Source of the DNA: Polyangiales bacterium
Lineage (GTDB): Bacteria > Myxococcota_A > Polyangia > Polyangiales > Houyiibacteriaceae
Direction of reading: 5' to 3'
Length of the DNA stretch: 38,346 nt
Assembly: GCA_041581895.1 (NCBI GenBank)
Contig: JBFICQ010000002.1
Location: 1-38,346 of the forward strand
This document shows positions 31,900-38,346 of this stretch, piece after piece. A program made the position numbers and the translations under genes. Every line of letters starts with the position of its first letter. Within the stretch, counting starts at the first letter, position 1. The notes under the pieces were generated by a model. It was not told the DNA's origin. It searched no databases and saw nothing but the letters and a program-made list of their open reading frames with translations.

Positions 31900-32742
31900 C
31901 TACGCGACGTCGCCGCGGCGAAGTCTCCAAAGCGCGCCTGTCCACGCGATCGTTCCTAGTAACAACGGCCAACCGAGGCCCAGGACATAGAGCCACGTAG
32001 TCCCGATTCGATTGGCAAGATAAAACCCCACGGGCCCCAAAACGCTGAGCTCTGGGTCAGCGGAAGAAAGCAACGCCATCCGAATGCTCTGAACCGGGTT
32101 CAGAGTTGCGAGAGCGAATACGACTCTGGGCTCGAGGCGCCACTGCAGCATCATCCCGGCAAGCGCGAAGTCGAGAAGCGCGATCCCAGCAAGCCAAATC
32201 AGAAGCAGGTACATGGTGGCACGTGCGGTGTTGGGGACCGAAGTCGATACCCAGAGACCCAAACCGCAAAATGCCCAGACCAGTGCACTGCATAGGATCA
32301 AACAGTGATTGATGAAACTCCAGGCGATCTGCTGCCCAAACACGACGCGCCCAAAGAGCCCGACCGCAACCATCAAGACGACGAGCGGCGCGAGCAGGAC
32401 GATCAGGCGCACGCTCGACACGGCGCTGAAGAATGCCCCGCGGGAGATCGGTTGACTGAACAATAGCTCTAGTGTGCCGTCATCACGCGCCTTGTTCACC
32501 AAATGCCCGGTAGCCACTAGCGCCATCAAAGGAAGCAGCACCAGAAGGGCGTGCACGTAGGAGACGAGGACTCGTCCCGTTCCCGTGAAACCAAATACGG
32601 TCGACTCTCGCATACCGACCAGCACGAACACCGCAGCCAGAAGTGCATAGACGACGACACAGAAGAGCAGCCACCTCGATCGAAGCACCTCGGCCATGTC
32701 GAGTCGGGCAACGGCCCAGTATGAGTTCAGCCTTCGTTTCAC
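31900..32742 (-). CDS. nosY: NosY, ABC-2-type permease of the NosDFY complex
   Basis: VKRRLNSYWAVARLDMAEVLRSRWLLFCVVVYALL matches the NosY N-terminus pattern (..vw.ia.ke....lr.rW). The protein has six TM helices. The GTG start overlaps the nosL stop (GTGA at 32739-32742). An ATG at 32697 would remove the conserved N-terminus. Confidence 0.75.
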   Translation of the reverse strand: MKRRLNSYWAVARLDMAEVLRSRWLLFCVVVYALLAAVFVLVGMRESTVFGFTGTGRVLVSYVHALLVLLPLMALVATGHLVNKARDDGTLELLFSQPISRGAFFSAVSSVRLIVLLAPLVVLMVAVGLFGRVVFGQQIAWSFINHCLILCSALVWAFCGLGLWVSTSVPNTARATMYLLLIWLAGIALLDFALAGMMLQWRLEPRVVFALATLNPVQSIRMALLSSADPELSVLGPVGFYLANRIGTTWLYVLGLGWPLLLGTIAWTGALWRLRRGDVA

Positions 32743-33194
32743 CGGCCCCCCAGATGCTGTTTTCGCTGGAGCGCGCGCTCTCGGGCCCATGCCCAATCGC
32801 GTGCGCCGGATGTCGCGCGGCTTACCGCCGCAATGCCATAACCCATCGGCGAGTCGTCGACGGCGACGAAACCCGCTTCGGATTGCGACAGCCATTTCTC
32901 ATTCTCGTGATCGCGAAAGTAGATCGCGTGTATCTCCATCGGATGCGCGTCGAGGTAGGCGGCTAGGCATCCTGGATCATCGAAGCTCATCACCGTTCCA
33001 TCGGTGGCCTGCACCTGGGCTGCGAAGCGGGGATCACCGATGTGCATCTTGCAGTGTTCGCAAACCTCGCGGTCCCACACGACGGGCACGGGGCCTTCGG
33101 GCAACGAGACTCGATTGAGTCGCGTCAGCAGGATGCCCGCGAACAGGACCACGGCTGCCGCAAGAATGATCTTAGTTGCGCTTGCCGAGCTCAT
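32739..33194 (-). CDS. nosL: NosL-like copper chaperone
   Basis: An N-terminal anchor helix is followed by VCEHCKMHIGDPRFAAQVQATDGTVMSFDDPGCLAAYL, the NosL motif (C..C.M.I.d.rfaaq...FDd.GC). An AAGAGGA RBS lies upstream. The gene overlaps the nosF end by 23 nt. Confidence 0.7.
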   Translation of the reverse strand: MSSASATKIILAAAVVLFAGILLTRLNRVSLPEGPVPVVWDREVCEHCKMHIGDPRFAAQVQATDGTVMSFDDPGCLAAYLDAHPMEIHAIYFRDHENEKWLSQSEAGFVAVDDSPMGYGIAAVSRATSGARDWAWARERALQRKQHLGGR

Positions 33195-34068
33195 GACGTT
33201 CCTCTTGGTCTTGTGGCCGCACCGCCTCGGCATCCCGTACGAGTAGGTTGTCGAACTGCCCGGCCATCGTTTTTGAAAGCTCCTCAACGAGCGCGAGCTT
33301 TTCAGCCCGCGTTGCTGTGCGACGCCACCATCCTGCCGTGCCCCGTTCGAATCCTAGTCGGATCAGCGTATCCGTTGCCGTTCCGTTCAGTGCCTGAACC
33401 TCGATGGTGCTCAAGGTGATCTTGTCGAGATAGGCCTCCGTCGGTCCGAAGTAGACCAACTTTCCCTCTTCGAGGACCATGACCTGATCGACGAGCGTTC
33501 GAATTTCCTCGAGCCGGTGAGAGCAAAGAATGAGCGTCGCCTCTTCGATTCGGTGCGACAGCTGATCGAAAAGGTTCATGCGAGAGGTCGTGTCGAGGCT
33601 AGCTGTAGGCTCGTCGAGAACGAAGAGCGAGGCGCGACTCGCCAACGCAAGTGCGAGGAGCGTCTTCTGCTTTGCGCCTCCCGAAAGGTCCCGATAGGCC
33701 TGCCGGTCGATCGCGCGGAAGTCGATTCCAAGCTGGTCACCTCGCGCTATCACGTCGTCGCCTGCAAGGCCCCGCACGCGGGTAATCGCTTTGACTACCT
33801 CGCCCACTGAGGCGCCGAGCTTGGGAGCGATCTGCGGAACGTACGCAATCTGATCCGCTAGCTCGACGCTTCGCTTGCTCGAGCCATCGAGCAGTAGCTC
33901 GCCCTCGCACTGCTGAAGCCCGAGCACGATACGGATTAGGGTCGATTTGCCGGACGCGTTTGGCCCAACTAAGCCAACTCGGCTCCCCGTCGGGATGGCG
34001 AAGTCGATCCCGCGAAGGGCTTCAATGCGGCCAAACCGCTTGCGTATTCTCTTACCTTCGACCCGCAT
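33172..34068 (-). CDS. nosF: NosF, ABC transporter ATP-binding protein
   Basis: GLVGPNASGKSTL is Walker A, LSGGAKQKTLLALAL is the ABC signature and LFVLDEPTASLD is Walker B. The start is either ATG 34068 or GTG 34074, and both overlap the nosD 3' end. Confidence 0.8.
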   Translation of the reverse strand: MRVEGKRIRKRFGRIEALRGIDFAIPTGSRVGLVGPNASGKSTLIRIVLGLQQCEGELLLDGSSKRSVELADQIAYVPQIAPKLGASVGEVVKAITRVRGLAGDDVIARGDQLGIDFRAIDRQAYRDLSGGAKQKTLLALALASRASLFVLDEPTASLDTTSRMNLFDQLSHRIEEATLILCSHRLEEIRTLVDQVMVLEEGKLVYFGPTEAYLDKITLSTIEVQALNGTATDTLIRLGFERGTAGWWRRTATRAEKLALVEELSKTMAGQFDNLLVRDAEAVRPQDQEERHELGKRN

Positions 34069-35416
34069 GCTCACCGTCCCAGGTTGCTGCGCTCATCTTG
34101 GGTCGCGAGTCGATCAGCGTCGTCTTGGGTTCTACCAATGGAAACAGAAGGCTTATGGCGTCGAGGAGCTCGAGGGTGATCGCGCCCCGAAAGAAGAGCA
34201 GCTGGGGGTACGTGCTCGCAAGCTGACTGCTGAGTCGGCGAAGCTCGTAAGGAATGTCGCCATAGCCGTCGCGATCCATGTCGTAGCCGGCGTAATCGTC
34301 GAAGGCGTTCTCTGTCCAGTCGATACCCAGCGCATCTCCTCCGCCCTCGACTTCGACTTGGGAATGGTTGCTGACGAACGTATTGTCGTTGAACGTGTTC
34401 CGGCGCTCGCTTCCGTGCATCAGGACGGCGACTTCAGAGTGATAGAACGCGTTGCGTTCAAACCTGTTGAAGTCTTCTTGGTCGAGCGGTGAGGTATCCA
34501 TATAGACACCCTTGGTGTTTGACACGAATAGGTTGTCGAACACCGTCAGATTCCCCGACTCCTTGATGCCGAGGCCCATGCCGCCGGGCCCCGAAGATCG
34601 CGCCAAGACGTTTCGTTTCACCTCGAGGTTGCGGCTGTACATGATGAAGACGCCCACCACGTTGTCGAAATAGCGATTCCCCTCGAGGACGTTGCCATGG
34701 CTGTACATGAAGTGCGTCCCATAACGGCTTCGGACGACGGAGTTGTCGGTGATTCGGTTGTCACTCGAGTACCAGACGACCATGTCGCGGCTTCCGATCA
34801 CCTCGTTGCCTCGGACTTCCGAGTGCCTCGTCTCCCAGAGCCGAATCCCGTCGCCTCGAAGCCCGAGCGGACCCTCATCCGGCCCCAGCACCAGGTTGTC
34901 GCGGATCAACGCATGGTTCGCTTTCTCAACGAGCAAGCCAAAAGCGGCATTCCGAACGACCACACCCTCGACCTGATTGTGATCCGCCGTCACATGGACC
35001 GCCGCATCCAGGGTATCAAACCGTCCGCCGCTACCGTCGACCGTCACGCCGAGGAGCCTGGCTCCGTCCGCGCTTAGCTCGATGGTCGTCCCATGGCCAG
35101 AGGAGCGAATGACGGCTTCGTGCGGCCCCCAGATCGTCACGTTCTTCGTCACGACGAGCGGGCCCGTGTAGGTGCCTGCCTCGAGACACATCGTTGCGCC
35201 TTCGAGCGCATCGTCGACGACCTGCTGCAGGTTCGACCTCGCAGGCACCGAGAAGCAGTTCTTTGGGCGAGTGGGTTCTTCGTGCGGCCGCGCGCTGCCG
35301 GGAATTGGCACGTCGCGCGAGTCACACGAGGCGACTAGGAGGAGCACTGCGACGCACGCGCACACTCGGAGGAGGGCAGAGGACCCCCCACCGTCGCATG
35401 CGGCGCGGTGCCTCAT
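34052..35416 (-). CDS. nosD: NosD, periplasmic parallel-beta-helix maturation protein
   Basis: A signal peptide is followed by repeated beta-helix turns (VVRNAAFGLLVEKANHALIRDNLV, IRLWETRHSEVRGNEV, NSVVRSRYGTHFMYSHGNVLEGNRYFDNVVGVFIMYSRNLEVKRNV). The C-terminal part is typical of NosD. The ATG overlaps the nosZ stop (ATGA at 35413-35416). Confidence 0.85.
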   Translation of the reverse strand: MRHRAACDGGGSSALLRVCACVAVLLLVASCDSRDVPIPGSARPHEEPTRPKNCFSVPARSNLQQVVDDALEGATMCLEAGTYTGPLVVTKNVTIWGPHEAVIRSSGHGTTIELSADGARLLGVTVDGSGGRFDTLDAAVHVTADHNQVEGVVVRNAAFGLLVEKANHALIRDNLVLGPDEGPLGLRGDGIRLWETRHSEVRGNEVIGSRDMVVWYSSDNRITDNSVVRSRYGTHFMYSHGNVLEGNRYFDNVVGVFIMYSRNLEVKRNVLARSSGPGGMGLGIKESGNLTVFDNLFVSNTKGVYMDTSPLDQEDFNRFERNAFYHSEVAVLMHGSERRNTFNDNTFVSNHSQVEVEGGGDALGIDWTENAFDDYAGYDMDRDGYGDIPYELRRLSSQLASTYPQLLFFRGAITLELLDAISLLFPLVEPKTTLIDSRPKMSAATWDGEHAGRR

Positions 35417-37386
35417 CCGGGTTCCACCAGCAAATAGCCCGCCATTTCGAGATGAAGGGCCGAGCAGAACTCGGTGCAATAGAAGGGGAAGGTGCCTTCT
35501 CTGTCGGCAACGAAGGTCAGGTCGACATGCTTCCCCGGCTCGAGGCTGCTGTGTACGTTGTACGAACCGATTGTGAAGCCATGAGTCGCATCATGCGCTT
35601 GTTCGACGTTGGTGATGTGCAGGTGCACGGTGTCGCCTTTCTTCACGCGAACGATATCGGGGGTGAAGTGGCTCCGCACGGCCGTCATATAGACGTGCAC
35701 TCCGTCTGGCTTTCGCTCGATTCGCTCTTCCTTTGCCTTGACGGCGAACTTGGACTTTTCGTCGGTGACGACATCCATACCGGCTGGTTTGTAGATGTTG
35801 ATCGGGTCGAGCTTGTCGGCTTTGATCATTTGTGCGTAGTGCGGCTCCCCAAGCGGAAGCGGCATGTCGTATAGAAGTTGCATCGGCTCGCTGTCGATCC
35901 CGATCAACTGGAAGTTTTGTGGAAGCAATGGACCCACCTTGGCAAAGCGATCGATTGCCCATTTGTTCATCGCAATGAGATAGCCACCGTCGGGGCTCAC
36001 TGTGTCACCCTCGGCTGCCACGATGTGGCCAACGTTGTAGTGCACCTTCTGCTTGCCGATGAGCTTGAGGTCCTTGACCGACCACTTGGCCACGGTCGAC
36101 TCGATGAACACGGAAGTGTAGGCATTGCCCTTGTCGTCGAACTGGGTGTGCAGCGGGCCAAGCCCGATTTCGATCTGGCCGCGGATACTATCCTTGAAGG
36201 GCAAGATCGGAACGCCGTACGCGTCCTTGCCTTCGAACGTCTTGCTATCGATGAGGCCTTTCAGCTTCTCCCAGCTGTAGATCGTCGCATGCGTATCGAG
36301 CTTGCCGGATACGACGAGCTCTTTCCCGTCGGGCGTGATGTCCACGCCGTGTGGGCTCTTGGGCTCGCCCACGAGATAAAGCAACCCTTCCTTGTTGGCG
36401 GTGTCCAGAGTGATCACCTTCATGCCGGCGATCGTGCTCGTCTTGCCCTCCTCCTTGGCGACTCGCTCGGCGCTGACCAGGTTGATGATGTGGAGGTAGT
36501 CCATGTCGTTTTGAGAGGCGCCGGACTCCATGGGCGGATTGCCCTCCATGGTGCCGCCGTAGGACATTTCGGTGTTGAACGAGTTGATGAAAACCCAGCC
36601 CTCGCTGGCCAGCTTGCCGGCATCGGAGAGGTCCTGCATGTACGGCGGCAGCTCCATCGCGAACGACTGCTCCGCATCGATGCGGCCTTTTTCACGGTCG
36701 AACTTCCAAAAGATGACGGCGCCGCGGTACTTGTCTTTGAACTCTTCGATTGGCGCGTAACGGCCGCCGAGGGGCGCCGGATACTGAGCGGCCTCGACGA
36801 CATATTCGGTGTTTGGAGTGACGAAGGTTGCGCCGTGGTCGCTTTGAATGAGCTCCGAGGTGACGATCTGCTTGGTGACGAAGTCGTGGAGGTCAATGAC
36901 GGCGATTCGAGCGTTGGCCTTATCGTTTACGAAGAGAAACTTGCCGTCATACTCGCCCTCGGTCTCGCTCAACGCCGGGTGATGCATATCGCCCCAGGTC
37001 ATCTTCTTGCCAAAGCGCTTTCCGCCAGCAAGAACGTTGTCGCTCTGATCGCCATAGCCGTAGCCCTGCCACGGCTCCGGTGTAAACACGGCGACGTACT
37101 TCAAAATGCGCATCGACGGCACGCCGATCACGATCAGGTTCCCACCGTGGCCCCCGGACGCGAAGGTGTAGTACTCGTCTTTCTTGCCCGTTGGGGTGTA
37201 GGTCTGGAGGGCAGCGCTCACGTCTGCTTCGCTCAATCCGCGCTCTTTCATGAGGTCGGCGACCGACCCCGCCGGAGCAGACGACACTTCCTTTTTTGGT
37301 TGAGGGCTGCAGCCCAAGCCGAGAGACGCAACCAGGAACACGGCCAAACCGGACGCGCCACGCGCACCCATTCCATCTAAACTCAT
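35413..37386 (-). CDS. nosZ: Nitrous-oxide reductase NosZ, clade II (Sec/lipoprotein-type signal)
   Basis: DEYYTFASGGHGGNLIVIGVPSMRILKYVAVF starts the propeller, and the His ligands are spread through it. The C-terminal cupredoxin carries the CuA site FPFYCTEFCSALHLEMAGYLLV. The N-terminus GLAVFLVASLGLGCSPQ has no twin-arginine motif, which points to clade II. A GAAGGAGGA RBS lies upstream. The start is ATG 37386 or GTG 37389. Confidence 0.9.
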   Translation of the reverse strand: MSLDGMGARGASGLAVFLVASLGLGCSPQPKKEVSSAPAGSVADLMKERGLSEADVSAALQTYTPTGKKDEYYTFASGGHGGNLIVIGVPSMRILKYVAVFTPEPWQGYGYGDQSDNVLAGGKRFGKKMTWGDMHHPALSETEGEYDGKFLFVNDKANARIAVIDLHDFVTKQIVTSELIQSDHGATFVTPNTEYVVEAAQYPAPLGGRYAPIEEFKDKYRGAVIFWKFDREKGRIDAEQSFAMELPPYMQDLSDAGKLASEGWVFINSFNTEMSYGGTMEGNPPMESGASQNDMDYLHIINLVSAERVAKEEGKTSTIAGMKVITLDTANKEGLLYLVGEPKSPHGVDITPDGKELVVSGKLDTHATIYSWEKLKGLIDSKTFEGKDAYGVPILPFKDSIRGQIEIGLGPLHTQFDDKGNAYTSVFIESTVAKWSVKDLKLIGKQKVHYNVGHIVAAEGDTVSPDGGYLIAMNKWAIDRFAKVGPLLPQNFQLIGIDSEPMQLLYDMPLPLGEPHYAQMIKADKLDPINIYKPAGMDVVTDEKSKFAVKAKEERIERKPDGVHVYMTAVRSHFTPDIVRVKKGDTVHLHITNVEQAHDATHGFTIGSYNVHSSLEPGKHVDLTFVADREGTFPFYCTEFCSALHLEMAGYLLVEPG

Positions 37387-37455
37387 CACTCCTCCTTCAT
37401 CCCCTCGGGATGGAGTTCCTCACCGAGATTCCTGCTGCAATAACCAAGCCATCCG

Positions 37456-37890
37456 CTACTGGGCGAGGTTTCGCACATACACTACGAGCTCTTTGACCAC
37501 CTCGGGCTTTGCGTCGAGGTCGGGATTTGCGGGCATCGTCGCGCTCTTGCCCACACCGGTACCGCCATAGACGATGATCTTTTGGATGTGCTCGTCGGTC
37601 ACCGATTCTTGCCATTCTGCAAGAGTGAAGTCACGCGGCTTCGGATCGAGAGCTGCAGAGCCCTCACCGTCGCCCTTTCCCGTCTTCCCATGACAGACCG
37701 TGCAACGGTTTTCGAAGATTTCGGCCGCCTCGGCCTTGGGGTCCCCGACGGCTACCTCGGCGACTTCCGCGGCTGGAGGGGGCGTTGCCTCCTGCGCCGG
37801 CGCAGCGTCTTCCTTTGGCGTACAGCCAAGAGCCACAGCCACCACACCACCGACTGCAATCGCGAAGAGCCCACTGACACTGATCCGCAT
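37456..37890 (-). CDS. Monoheme c-type cytochrome lipoprotein, first gene of the nos operon
   Basis: The signal peptide and lipobox read VAVALGCTPK, followed by an Ala/Pro/Glu linker. CTVCHGKTG is the CxxCH motif and ATMPANP contains the distal Met. An AAGGAG RBS lies upstream. The gene ends 66 nt upstream of nosZ. Confidence 0.8.
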   Translation of the reverse strand: MRISVSGLFAIAVGGVVAVALGCTPKEDAAPAQEATPPPAAEVAEVAVGDPKAEAAEIFENRCTVCHGKTGKGDGEGSAALDPKPRDFTLAEWQESVTDEHIQKIIVYGGTGVGKSATMPANPDLDAKPEVVKELVVYVRNLAQ

Positions 37891-38025
37891 ACCCGCTCCT
37901 TTGCCGGCTGGAGTGTAGGGTCGAAGCGCGAACTTTCAACGTCTCAATGGAGCAGAATCTGCGCTCAGCGTGGAAGTCACGAATGATCTGCGCGAGGCCC
38001 TCTTCGGGCTCGTTTTGGGTCTATA

Positions 38026-38041
38026 CTTCGCGACTTCGCGA
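38026..38041. repeat. Tandem CTTCGCGA x2, each containing the palindrome TCGCGA, in the divergent nos/fasciclin promoter region
   Basis: The repeat is read directly as cttcgcgacttcgcga at 38026-38041. Confidence 0.6.
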
Positions 38042-38095
38042 CGCACGGCGGTGTTTGTCGCAGCAGGGCGCGATGAAAAGTCGCAGGAGGGTGTG

Positions 38096-38346
38096 ATGAA
38101 GAAAAGCATACTGTCGGTCACCATTATTGCCGGATTGGTCGTATTCGGTTGCAAAAAGCAGGAGGCCACCGCTCCTGATGAACCTCCCACGCCGGTCAAA
38201 GAAGTGTCGAACATTCCCCCGCTCGATGAAAACAACATCGTGAGCCTGGCCATCGCGTCTGAAGATCACACGACTCTGGTCGCGGCGATCAAAGCAGCGG
38301 ATTACGTCACTTCGGTCGCGGCCTCGGGTCCATTGACGGTCTTTGC
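38096..38346 (+). CDS. Fasciclin (FAS1)-domain lipoprotein, 5' partial (runs off the window)
   Basis: An AGGAGG RBS lies at 38085-38090. MKKSILSVTIIAGLVVFGCKK contains the lipobox. NIVSLAIASEDHTTLVAAIKAADYVTSVAASGPLTVFA matches the FAS1 N-terminal motif (..f.tLv.Al.aa.l...l...gp.TvFAP). The ORF is not in the supplied track because it has no stop codon in the window. Confidence 0.75.
   Translation, partial: MKKSILSVTIIAGLVVFGCKKQEATAPDEPPTPVKEVSNIPPLDENNIVSLAIASEDHTTLVAAIKAADYVTSVAASGPLTVF

Noticed and set aside
35878-37380. 500-aa plus-strand ORF
   Set aside because: It is entirely antisense to nosZ, whose identity is unambiguous from its CuA motif and propeller motifs. It is a shadow ORF.
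14544-37890. Functional link between the P460-like haem lipoprotein (hydroxylamine/NO chemistry yielding N2O) and the nosZ operon
   Set aside because: The genes are about 16 kb apart in different operons on unrelated-looking transcription units. The P460 assignment itself is only moderate, and nothing in the sequence connects them.
1-38346. Searched for CRISPR arrays, tRNA/rRNA genes, IS elements, integrases, phage genes, toxin-antitoxin pairs and known defence-system components (nucleases, helicases, methyltransferases, STAND NTPases)
   Set aside because: I saw none. The intergenic regions are short (266 bp at most) and lack repeat-spacer periodicity or cloverleaf-like sequence. No ORF shows DDE/tyrosine-recombinase, helicase or restriction-modification motifs. 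The window looks like metabolic and envelope chromosome rather than a mobile or defence island.

Overview
This is a GC-rich bacterial chromosomal window with about 36 protein-coding genes. I found no rRNA, tRNA, CRISPR array, transposase, integrase or phage genes. Lipobox-rich secreted proteins, a Cys-rich/FG-GAP protein and the overall gene content suggest a Myxococcota-like lineage, but I cannot verify taxonomy here.

Layout:
(1) 1-214: a truncated TagA-like glycosyltransferase fragment at the window edge.
(2) 196-3144 (-): a PgsA-less poly-gamma-glutamate operon, pgsB-pgsC plus a 'PGA system protein'.
(3) 3.4-20.7 kb: a dense run of 16 redox, isomerase and transferase genes in short, often translationally coupled operons.
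(4) 20.7-31.2 kb: envelope genes. These are a CPBP protease, an orphan GspC-like PDZ protein, a 1108-aa MscK-like channel, an FG-GAP/Cys-rich lipoprotein, an AI-2E transporter and a putative beta-barrel protein.
(5) 31.2-37.9 kb (-): a clade-II-type N2O reductase operon, cyt c-nosZ-nosD-nosF-nosL-nosY plus a 4-TM protein.
(6) 38096 to the window end: a partial fasciclin lipoprotein gene.

The main candidate for something new is block (3). It places plant/eukaryote-type sterol enzymes (a cycloeucalenol-cycloisomerase-like protein, an EBP/EXPERA-like protein, an SMO/ERG25-class di-iron hydroxylase and a 3beta-HSD/decarboxylase-class enzyme) next to KshA/KshB-like, HsaC/BphC-like and GMC-oxidase-like catabolic-type enzymes and a PAPS-type sulfotransferase. 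A TetR regulator with clear operator palindromes sits in the same block.

All family assignments come from reading motifs in the translations and from remembered family consensus. No searches were run.
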